Assembly: GCF_006345805.1 (NCBI RefSeq)
Contig: NC_043026.1
Coordinates: 14,735,579 to 14,799,578 of the forward strand
Length of the DNA: 64,000 nt
Reading direction: 5' to 3'
DNA from: Octopus sinensis
Taxonomy: Eukaryota
Part shown: in pieces, positions 36,292 through 46,675 of the stretch
Position numbering within the stretch: position 1 is the stretch's first letter
Layout of the letters: each line of letters opens with the position of its first letter
The notes under the pieces: model-generated
What the model saw: only the letters and a program-made list of their open reading frames with translations
Database searches by the model: none
What the model was told of the DNA's origin: nothing
Position numbers and translations under genes: made by a program

Positions 36292-36600
36292 AAAAGGAAA
36301 TGAAGAAAATGCTGACAAAATAATTTAAGTAAGGGAGAGTGTATTTAATTAGGTGAAAGTTCTTTTTACCGGTTGCGCATTTGTTATGCTTATCAAAAGA
36401 TATTTTTTAAGAGAGATAGAGTTCCTTTCTGATAGATTTTTTTCTCTTATCTGACTTTATGTTGGGTTTGCTGTCTCTTAAAAAAATATCTTTTGATAAG
36501 CATAACAAATGCGCAACCGGTAAAAAGAACTTTCACCTAATTAAATACACTCTCCCTTACTTAAATTATTTTGTCAGCATTTTCTTCATTTCCTTTTTTT
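36291..36600. repeat. Near-perfect inverted repeat, ~124-bp arms, ~59-nt spacer
   Basis: 36291-36414 versus 36474-36600, flanked by (TA)n. Confidence 0.9.
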
Positions 36601-36854
36601 ATATATCACAACTCGTGTTCCACATCTCCTTTTTTAAATATATATATATATATATATTTATGTACATCCATGAGGATTATCCTTTGCCATGTGGTGATGA
36701 TGGGCAGTGGTGCTGGTTGAAAGTTTTTAGTCTATCCACTTCCTCCCCCCTCTTTGATGACCTGGGGGTGGGTGGGGGTGGAAAACAAAATAATAACAAA
36801 ACAAAACATAAAAAAATAAAAATATGAAAAGTTACAAGATCAGGGAGTGGCAAT

Positions 36855-37392
36855 GAGAGAGAGAGAGAGAGAGAGTGAGAGAGAGAGAGAAATTAAGGAT
36901 GAAGAGAGAGAGAGAAATTAAGGATGAAGTGAGAGAGAGAGAGAGAGAAATTAAGGATGAAGAGAGAGAGATTAAGGATGAAGTGAGAGAGAGAGAGAGA
37001 GAATTAAGGATGGAGAGAGAGAGAGAGAGAGAGAAATTAAGGAGAGAGAGAAGAGAGAGAGAGAGAAATTAAGGATGGAGAGAGAGAGAGAGAGAGAGAA
37101 ATTAAGGATGGAGAGAGAGAGAGAGAGAGAAATTAAGGATGGAGAGAGAGAGAGAGAGAGAAATTAAGGATCGGAGAGAGAGAGAGAGAATTAAGGATGG
37201 GAGAGAGAGAGAGAGAAGAAATTAAGGATGGAGAGAGAGAGAAATTAAGGATGGGAGAGAGAGAGAGAGAATTAAGGATGAGAGAGAGAGAGAGAAAAAT
37301 TAAGGATGAGAGAGAGAGAGAGAGAGAAATTAAGGATGAAGAGATAGAGAGAGAAATTAAGGATGAGAGAGAGAGAGAGAGAAATTAAGGAT

Positions 37393-37426
<34 letters not shown>

Positions 37427-38030
37427 TAAGGATGGAGAGAGAGAGAGGAGAGCCTTAAGGAGGATGAGAGAGAGGAGAGAGAGAAGGAAAAATTAGGATG
37501 AAGAGAGAAGAGAGAATTAAGGATGAAGTGAGAGAGAGAGAGAGAAATTAAGGATGAAGAGAGAGAGAGAGAAATTAAGGATGGAGAGAGAGAGAGAGAG
37601 AAATTAAGGATGGAAGAAGAGAGAGAGAGAGAAATTAAGGATGGAGAGAGAGAGAGAAATTAAAGATGGAGAGAGAGAGAGAGAGAAATTAAAGATGGAG
37701 AGAGAAGAGAGAGAGAAATTAGGATGAAGGAGAGAGAGAGAGAAATTAAGGATGGAGAGAGAGAGAGAATTAAAGATGAGAGAGAGAGAGAGAGAATAAA
37801 GATGGAGAGAGAGAAGAGAGGAGAAATTAAAGATGGAAGGGAGAGGAGAGAGAGAGAAATTAAGGATGGAGAGAGAGAGAGAAATTAAGGATGCAGAGAG
37901 AGAGAGAAAGAGAAATTAAAGATGGAGAGAGAGAGAGAGAGAAATTAAGATGGAGAGAGAGAGAGAGAGAGAGAGAAATTAAGGATGGAGAGAGAGAGAG
38001 AGAAATTAAGGATGCAGAGAGAGAGGGAAA
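36855..38030. repeat. (GA)n-AATTAAGGATG compound minisatellite downstream of the syntaxin stop codon
   Basis: Dozens of units of gagagagaaattaaggatg. Confidence 0.9.
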
Positions 38031-38494
38031 GTGTTGAGGGAGAGGGAGAGAAGAATAAAGACAGATCATTGAGAAAGAGAAAGAGAGGGTTGGGAAACTG
38101 AAAGAACAAAAGGAATGAGAGAAATGAAAGAAAATCTGGTTTGCATGGAGAACCCCTGATGAATAATTAAAAATGAAAAAAAAATTAAAAAATAAAATTT
38201 TTAAAAAAATTAAAATTAAAAAAAAAAAAAATTTTTAAATAAAAATAAAAAAAATATAAATAAATAAATAAAATTAAAAAATAAATAAATAAAAATAAAA
38301 TAAAATAAAAATAAAATAAAAATAAAAATAAAAATAGAATAAAATAAAATAAAAATAAAAAGAACAGAAAAGAAAAAAAAATTGAAAATTATATTGAAAT
38401 AAAATGGAAAGAAAAATAACACAAATAAACGATAATGAAAGAAAAAAAAATAAATATGAAGAAATAAAATAATGATTTGGGAGGGGTGAAATAC

Positions 38495-38602
38495 CTAATT
38501 GCTGGATGTTGCTCCATAATAAATGGCCAAAATGACACCAATGAGAACAACAATAACAACTACTGTTACGAGAATACAACATTTTTTCTTTCGAACTTTG
38601 GT
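38495..38602 (-). CDS. STX7: Syntaxin-7/12-like last coding exon with TM anchor (TKVRKKKCCILVTVVVIVVLIGVILAIYYGATSSN*)
   Basis: tttccacag| acceptor, phase 0; basic patch, CC and hydrophobic tail, TAG stop at 38497-38495. Confidence 0.92.
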   Translation of the reverse strand, partial: TKVRKKKCCILVTVVVIVVLIGVILAIYYGATSSN

Positions 38603-38766
38603 CTGTGGAAATAAAATAGAAAAACAAACAAAAAAAAAAAAAAAAAAAAAAATTTAGTGAATAATTTGCGTGGTGCATGCTGGGAAATAGCAATAAAAGA
38701 AACAAAAGTTTATGGCAGTGATGCATGCTGGGATGTAGGGATCATGGGGTGAGAGAGAGTCTAGAG

Positions 38767-38883
38767 CAGTGGTTTTCAACCAGGGTTCCGCCAGTACAGT
38801 CCAGGGGTCCCGCAAGAAGTTACAAAACTGCTAAAATCGGCAGTAATTTTTAAGTCTCCTGTGCAGATATGTGTGCATAAGAC
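38767..38883 (+). mobile_element. hAT/Charlie-like MITE left end
   Basis: gTCTAGAg target then CAGTGGTTTTCAAC; shares ctcctgtgcagatatgtgtgcataagac with 54806-54918. Confidence 0.55.
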
Positions 38884-38889
38884 ATAGAG

Positions 38890-38972
38890 AATACCAAACG
38901 AGTTCCCTATGGATACCGTATTTATTACGAGTTGTAATAAATACGATATCCATAGGGAATGAGTTTGGTATT
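38890..38972. repeat. Compact hairpin (~39-bp stem, 5-nt loop)
   Basis: aataccaaac..ttccctatggata..cgtatttattac gagtt gtaataaatacg..tatccatagggaa..gtttggtatt. Confidence 0.8.
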
Positions 38973-39387
38973 TTATTTATTACACACGAATAAACGACCA
39001 TATTTTATTAACCCAATAACTAAATTCTTCACATCATGTTGACGCGCGCATGAATACAGCTTGATTTCACGTCAGTGACATCACAATGTGTAACTGTAAA
39101 AGATGTCATGCCGCAGGAAGATAGTCCGACTTTATAGCGCTAAGTTTTCAGGTGAAATGACTGATAACTGATGACTGTTTAACATTTTGTTAACATTCAA
39201 GTTCACGTTCAAGAAATACACAACACAGATTGAATCTTCAATAACTTTAATAATACTCAAACCTGTTTTCGAGTACCTGCACTGCAAGAGTATCGACGAG
39301 CAGACGAAATATGTTGTGATTTTTTTGGCAACAAAAAATTTGTGGTTGGTTAGCAAGCTACTTACCACACAGCCACTCCTGCGCCTA

Positions 39388-39419
<32 letters not shown>

Positions 39420-39534
39420 GATTCAGATGAATATGGTACTTAAGTTAAAGGCACCAGAATTTGTATGGTATTATCCATATAAAACCAAATGGGGTGATTA
39501 TAATCAAAATAAGCAACAAGGATATCCAAGGTAG

Positions 39535-39614
39535 TGTAGTACAATTGTTTCATGCTACTTCATTTTATTAAACACTGTCATCAGTTCTAAAATGTCGAGC
39601 AATCTTCAGCCACA
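39535..39614 (-). ncRNA. Hammerhead ribozyme motif, related subfamily, U-U mismatch at the 10.1:11.1 pair
   Basis: TGTGG CTGAAGA TTGCT...AGCAT GAAA CAATTG TA CTACA on the minus strand. Confidence 0.55.
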
Positions 39615-39730
39615 TATAGAATTTTTTAATTAAATGGACAGTGCACGTTCTTATACTTATTTGAAATGAAGTAGCATGAAACAATTGTACTACACTGCCT
39701 TGGATATCCTTGTTGCTTATTTTGATTATA

Positions 39731-39761
<31 letters not shown>

Positions 39762-39918
39762 CAACCAAACACAACCATAGTTTTGGTCAGTTAGTGGCTG
39801 GACTTCACAACCTCATATGTTCTTAAAATTTAATTCTACATCTTTATCTGTATATCTACCTTCTCTAAAATGTTACTACTTGATTTAAAAGCTTTTGTAT
39901 TATTGGAAAACCTATATT

Positions 39919-40006
39919 TTTGGCTGAAGAGCACTCGACATCTTAAATCTGCTGTAATAATTACAACTTTTAATAAAATGTTGTAGTGCAAAACTATTGT
40001 ACCAAA
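39919..40006 (+). pseudogene. Degenerate hammerhead ribozyme copy (G12 to A)
   Basis: TTTGG CTGAAGA GCAC...GTGC AAAA CTATTG TA CCAAA followed by the same tail as the 51.8-kb element. Confidence 0.55.
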
Positions 40007-41403
40007 TTACCGGAGTCATTCTTGTTGCTTATTTTTGATTATAATCACCCAACAAATTTTTTATGGATAACACCATACAAAATTCTGGTGCATCTAAATT
40101 AAGTACCATATTCATTTGAATCTAAATTGTTGCTATATATATATATATATATATATTATATTAAATTAGAGATAAAACCACTATTAGGCAAATCATACAA
40201 TGAAAAACTTAAGCCAATACATAAGATTAATTTATATTATTTTATATTTAAAATAATATAAATTAATTATCCTATGTATTGGCTTAAGTTTTTCATTGTT
40301 TGATTTGCCTAATAGTGGTTTTATCTCTAATTTAATATAATATAATATTTTACTATAAAATTGGATTCAATCCTAAATCTGATTTTGCCCTGTAAGTTTG
40401 GATTTATTCCCTAATATTTATGATATATATATATATATAATCTATATACTCATTATCTTTTATTATACTTTTAATAATTTTGATATATATTTAAAATAAT
40501 ATAAATTAATTAATTTTATGTATTGGCTTAAGTTTTTCATTGTATGATTTGCTTAATAGTGGTTTTATCTCTAATTTAATATAATATAATATTTTACTAT
40601 AAAATTGGATTCAATCCTAAATCTGATTTTTCCCTGTAAGTTTGGATTTATTCCCTAATATTTTATTTTATTTTATATATATATATATATATGTAATTTC
40701 TATTTCTATTTAGCAGAAGCAATAGAGCGATTCAAAATTCGAGAGTTTTGTGCATTAGCACTTACCAACTGATAACACATGAAACTTCCAGCCTCTGAGT
40801 CAATCTGTTGCTTCTGATAAATATCAATAAACATACACCATAGCTGTGTGGTTAGGGAGCTTGCTTTCTAGCTACATGGTTTCGGGTTCAGTCCCACAGC
40901 GTGGCACTTTGGGTAGGTGTCTTCCACTATAGCCCCAAGCAGACCGAAGCTTTGTGATTGAATTCGGTAGGCGGAAGTTACTGCCGTGTGTGTTTGTGTG
41001 TGTGTGTGTGTGTGTAGGTGCTCAGTGCCTCTCCGAAAGAGAGAGAGAAGGTATCTGTGTATATACACTGTATTTTCTGGCTTAAAAGATGACCTCTTGC
41101 ATTAGAGGCACCTCTACTTTACAAGCGCATTCTGGGGCAAAAAAAAGCTAATTTAGTAGGATTCAAAACACACCCATACATGTGGTATAGCATCCTTTAT
41201 ACGGCCGCATTTGATGCGTAGCATTGAAGAGTAATAAAGCGGATTTCGTGTATCAGTATATACGGTATACATACGCACACATGTTATTCAGCAATGCTCA
41301 TTGGCAAGGGCTATAAACGTAAGCAAGAAAATGCTGTAGTGTAAGAGCTTATCAATCAAATTCTTTGGCTTCCTTAGTAAAGCAGTGACAGCCACTTTAT
41401 TCT

Positions 41404-42140
41404 CACTTGTGAAGACCTGTTGAGGCAAATGAAAATCAAAATCGATCAACATCAATGGAAATTGCAGCTGTGATACCAGTGCTGGTGGTACGTAAGAGAA
41501 CTATCCAAACCTGGCTTATGCCAGCGCCACTCCAGCTGGCCTCGTGCCGGTGGCACATAAAAAGCACCATCCGATCGTGGCCATTGCCTGCCTCGCCTGG
41601 CATCCGTGCCGGTGGCACATAAAAAGCACCATCCAATCGTAGCCGTTTGCCAGCCTCGCCTGGCCTCCGTGCCGGTGGCACATAAAAAGCACCATCCGAT
41701 CGTGGCCATTGCCTGCCTCGCCTGGCCTCCGTGCCGGTGGCACATAAAAAGCACCATCCGATCGTGGCCATTGCCTGCCTCGCCTGGCCTCCGTGCCGGT
41801 GGCACATAAAAAGCACCATCCGATCGTGGCCATTGCCTGCCTCGCCTGGCCTCCGTGCCGGTGGCACATAAAAAGCACCATCCGATCGTGGCCATTGCCT
41901 GCCTCGCCTGGCCTCCGTGCCGGTGGCACATAAAAAGCACCATCCGATCGTAGCCGTTTGCCAGCCTCACCTGGCCCCCGTGCCGGTGGCACGTAAAAAA
42001 CACCCACTATACTCATGGAGTGGTTGGCATTAGGAAGGGCATCCAGCCGTAGAAACATTGCCAGATCAGACTGGGCCTGGTGCAGCCTTCTGGTTTCCCA
42101 GACCCCAATTGAACCGTCCAACCCATGCTAGCATGGAAAG
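41404..42140 (+). mobile_element. RTE LINE 3' UTR-derived repeat with ~62-bp internal tandem units
   Basis: Homologous to 42840-43393; ends gctaaacgatgatga. Related copies at about 1180, 5075, 18060, 23530, 26110, 59720 and 62815. Confidence 0.7.
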
Positions 42141-42231
42141 CGGATGCTAAACGATGATGACAAAGAAAAAAAACAAAGCAACCATGCCACAATAAATACA
42201 ATGAATATCTGAAGAAATCGCTTCCACTTAC

Positions 42232-42314
42232 TTGGTATTCTTTTGCTTTGCTTAACTGTACAACGCCTTCTTCTATGCTGATCTCAGCACTTACAACGTT
42301 TGCTTCAATGCTGT
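42232..42314 (-). CDS. STX7: Syntaxin-7/12-like exon (DSIEANVVSAEISIEEGVVQLSKAKEYQ)
   Basis: ccattgtag| and |gtaagt; 83 nt, phase 1 to 0. Confidence 0.93.
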
Positions 42315-42399
42315 CTACAATGGAGAGAGAGAGAGAGAGAGAGAGATAGAAAGGAAGAAACCATTTGTTTGTGACCAAGACGTAATTGGATTTGTTTAA

Positions 42400-43759
42400 C
42401 CCTTTAGTGTTCAGATTATTCTGTCAAATGTGATGTTTGTTTATTTAAAATGGTTTGAATTAACCCTTTAGTGTTCGCATTACTCGACAGAGCGTTAGTA
42501 CCTTGAGAGAAATGTTGTACCTAAGAAGCATCAGTTGTTGTGTGCAAGAGAGACGATTGCGCTGGTATGGTCATGTGGCGAGAATGGATGAAGATAGGTG
42601 TGTGAGAAAGTGCCAATCCCTAGCAGTTGAGGGAACCCGTGGAAGAGGTAGACCCAGGAAAACCTGGGACGAAGTGGTGAAGCACAACCTTCGGACGTTA
42701 GGTCTCACCATGGAAATGACTAGAGACCGAGACCTATGGAAGTATGCTGTGCGTGAGAAGACCCGGCAAGACTAGTGAAGCCATAATCCGTGGCCCCTAC
42801 CTGGGACGTAGTCAGTCCACCTGTGCATACCTTCCTTCTTGTGACACTTGTGAAGACCTGTTGAGGCAAGTGAGAATCGAATCGAATCAAATCAAATCAA
42901 ATCGAACCAAATGAACATCAATGGAATTTGTATCCTTGTGGTACCAGTGCCGGTGGCACATAAGAAAACCATCCGAACGTGATCGTAGCCAGTACCGCAA
43001 CGACTGGCCTCCGTGCTGAGGGCACATAACAAACACCATCCGAGCGTGGCGGCCGTCCGCCAGCCCCGTCTGGCACCTGTGTCGGTGACACATAAGAAAA
43101 CACCATCCGAGCGTGGCCGTCAGCCAGCCCGTCTGGCACCTGTGTCGGTGGCACATAAAAAACACCATCCGAGCATGGCTGTCTGCCAGCCTCGTCTGGC
43201 ACCTGTGTCGGTGGCACATAAAATCACCCACTACACTCTCGGAGTGGTTGGCGTTAGGAAGGGCATCCAGCTGTAGAAACACTGCCAGATTGACTGGCCT
43301 GGTGCAGCCTTCGGGCTTGCCAGACCCCAGTTGAACCGTCCAACCCATGCTAGCATGGAAAGCGGACGTTAAACGATGATGATGATGATGATGATTACTC
43401 TGCCAAAATTAATCCTTTTTCATCCACATTGTTTTGAACTAATCATGCGTTATCTTGTAGCTTTGAGATTTTGATGAGGTAGCTGTTAATTTTTGAAACG
43501 ATATTGTAGGGTTGGTGTGAGAGACCAGATCTGGCCAGTTTGAACATAAAACAAGCAGAATACTTTTGGCCGGATATGGCCAGTTTAAATGCTAAAGGGT
43601 TAATCCTGCATTATCTTGTAGTTTAGAGATTTCAGTGATGTGATTTTTTAGTTTTAGAATGACATGGTAGGGCTGAGGTCAGAGGCGAGATCCGGTCAGT
43701 TTCAATATAAAACAGGTTAAATATTTTGGCCAGATATGGCCGGTTTGAATGATAAAGGG
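42400..43759 (+). mobile_element. Nested TTAA MITEs (outer 42400-43759, inner 42464-43599) hosting an RTE LINE
   Basis: Inner element flanked by TTAA at 42460-42463 and 43600-43603, interrupting a homologous outer copy. Confidence 0.7.
42486..43393 (+). mobile_element. 5'-truncated RTE-clade LINE (ORF2 C-terminus, 3' UTR, (GAT)n tail)
   Basis: RLRWYGHVARM...RGRGRPRKTW; 7-bp TSD ATTACTC at 42479-42485 and 43394-43400. Confidence 0.85.
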
Positions 43760-43789
43760 TTAAGGGGCAGTCTTAATTATACACACACA

Positions 43790-44680
43790 CTCACGCTGTC
43801 ACACATGCCCACCCCTCATGAGTTCCCTTATATACAAACAAACACGCTTCCACACATGCCCACCCCTCATGAGTTATCTTATATACACACACACATGCCC
43901 ACTCCGCCTCATACACACCCACACACATACTTCCACACACACCCAGCCTTCATTAGTTCTCATATACACACACACACACACACGCATGTTTCCACACATG
44001 CCCACCCCTCATGAATCCTCTTATATACACACCCACACACATACTTCCACACACGCCCAGCCTTCATTAGTTCTCATATACACCCACACACACACACACA
44101 CACACGCATATTTCCACACATGCCCACCCCTCATGAGTCCTCTTATATACACACACACACATGCCCACTCCGCCTCATACACACCCACACACATACTTCC
44201 ACACACACGCCCAGCCTTCATTAGTTCTCATATACACATACGTTTCCACACATGCCCACCCCTCATGAGTCCGCTTATACACACACACACACATGCCCAC
44301 TCCGCCTCATACACACCCACACACATACTTCCACACACGCCCAGCCTTCATTAGTTCTCATATACACATACGTTTCCACACATGCCCACCCCTCATGAGT
44401 CCGCTTATACACACACACACACACATGCCCACTCCGCCTCATACACACACACACACGCCCAGCCTTCATTAGTTCTCATATACACATACGTTTCCACACA
44501 TGCCCACCCCTCATGAGTCCGCTTATACACACACACACACATGCCCACTCCGCCTCATACACACCCACACACATACTTCCACACACGCCCAGCCTCCATT
44601 AGTTCTCATATACACACACACACACACGCATGTTTCCACACATGCCCACCCCTCATGAGTCCCCTTATACATGTGCTGCC
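43790..44680. repeat. CA-rich minisatellite (cacacatgcccacccctcatgag...)
   Basis: Recurring ~110-bp compound units. Confidence 0.85.
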
Positions 44681-44833
44681 ACACATTCCCAACACTGCTG
44701 ACGCCCCCAAGTGCATTTCCCACTCACCATTTCCCAGCATCAACACACACACATGCACGCACGCACACACACGCACGCACACACACACACAAGACCCCTG
44801 CCCCGCATCCACACACACCCACACATGGCTTAC

Positions 44834-44906
44834 CTATTCCTTCTCCTTGTTCATGCACCATGACTCCAAGTTCTTTAAATATTTGGTTCACATCTCGAAT
44901 ATCACT
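44834..44906 (-). CDS. STX7: Syntaxin-7/12-like exon (SDIRDVNQIFKELGVMVHEQGEGI)
   Basis: ctgttgttag| and |gtaagc; 73 nt, phase 0 to 1; HEQG zero-layer Gln. Confidence 0.93.
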
Positions 44907-46040
44907 CTAACAACAGAAAAAAGAAGAAAAAAAACAAAAGTAAATAAATAGGCGCAGGAGTGGCTGTGTGGTAAGTAGCTTGCTTACCAACCACATGATT
45001 CCGGGTTCAGTCCCACTGCGTGGCATCTTGGGCAAGTGTCTTCTGCTATAGCCCCAGGCCGACCAATGCCTTGTGAGTGGATTTGGTAGACGGAAACTGA
45101 AAGAAGCCCGTCGTATATATGTATATATATATGTGTGTGCGTGTATGTTTATGTGTCTGTGTTTGTCCCCCTAGCATTGCTTGACAACTGATGCTGGTGT
45201 GTTTACGTCCCCGTCACTTAGCGGTTCGGCAAAAGAGACCGATAGAATAAGTACTGGGCTTACAAAAGAATAAGTCCCGGGGTCGATTTGCTCGATTAAA
45301 GGCGGTGCTCCAGCATGGCCGCAGTCAAATGACTGAAACAAGTATAAGAGTATAAGAGTAAAGAGTAAATATTAATACACATATCTAGTCTTTTTGTCTG
45401 TCTGCTTGTCTGTCTGCCCGTCTGTGTCTGTCTGTCTGTCTGTCTATCTGCCTGCTTGTCTACCATTTGTCTGTCTGCCTGGCTACCTGCTTGTCTGTCT
45501 GTCTGTCTATCTGCCTGCTTGTCTACCATTTGTCTGTCTGCCTGGCTACCTGCTTGTCTGTCTGTCTGCCCGTCTGTGTCTGTCTGTCTGTCTATCTGCC
45601 TGCTTGTCTACCATTTGTCTGTTTGCCTGGCTACCTGCTTGTCTGTCTGTCTGTGTGTGTGTGTGTCAGTGTGCCTCTTAGTGTGTGTGTGTATACGAGT
45701 GTGTATGCATGTGTGTGTATGTATGTGTGAATGTGTATATGTTTGTCCCCCATCACTGCATGACAACTGGCTTTAATACATGTCCCTGTAACTTAGTGGT
45801 TTGCAGGAAGAGACCAATAAAATAGGCACCAAACATAGTGCTCCAGCATGGCCACATCCAATGACTAAAACAAGTAAAGGACAGGCGATGTATCTCGACA
45901 TGTGGCATTACCACCAACCTACTCTATGTCGGTGATGATGATGATGACAGAGGGGGAGGTACAACATGAAATCAGAAGGACTGTGTAGAATGTTTAGGGA
46001 GAAGCAGTTTAGGTATAGGAAAGAGAGATTGAACACTCAC

Positions 46041-46131
46041 CTCTAGTTTCACTATTGCCTCTTCTCGTTCTTGGATCAATTGTAGGTCCACATCTTCTTC
46101 CATCTGTAACACCTGCTTTGTTTGAGAGAAC
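46041..46131 (-). CDS. STX7: Syntaxin-7/12-like exon (FSQTKQVLQMEEDVDLQLIQEREEAIVKLE)
   Basis: ctgcag| and |gtgagt; 91 nt, phase 2 to 0; start of the Qa-SNARE motif. Confidence 0.92.
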
Positions 46132-46441
46132 CTGCAGATTTAAAAAGTATGATATATATATAATATATATATATATATTATATAATAATAATAATAATAA
46201 TTTGAGGGAATATTATTCCTAACTTACAGGGAAAAATTCAATTTAGAAATACTAAATCAAATTTCACAAAATATAATAAATATAAAAAAATTTAGAAAAA
46301 GAACCATCTTTTATCAATTCAAAATGAACAATAAAATTATTGAAGGTCTGTGAGATACTCAGCCACTTGCTCTTTAATTCAATGGAGAAAAAAAAGAGTT
46401 TAGTGTTTTGAACAAATGGAATACTTGTGGCTGAAACTAAC

Positions 46442-46478
<37 letters not shown>

Positions 46479-46533
46479 GAAAATGCATATATACACATAT
46501 ACAGCCCTCCACACACACACACCCAATACTCAC

Positions 46534-46583
46534 CCTCCAACATTAACCAGATGATCATCACTGCTCTTCTCTTCAGCAAAATC
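46534..46583 (-). CDS. STX7: Syntaxin-7/12-like linker exon (DFAEEKSSDDHLVNVGG)
   Basis: ttttatccag| and |gtgagt; 50 nt, phase 0 to 2, bridging its neighbours exactly. Confidence 0.8.
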
Positions 46584-46675
46584 CTGGATAAAATGAAAAA
46601 AAAAAAAGAAAATTTAATTAAAAATCATTTAAAAAATCAAAGTAATTATTTAAATTGGTAATCTTAATGATATAT

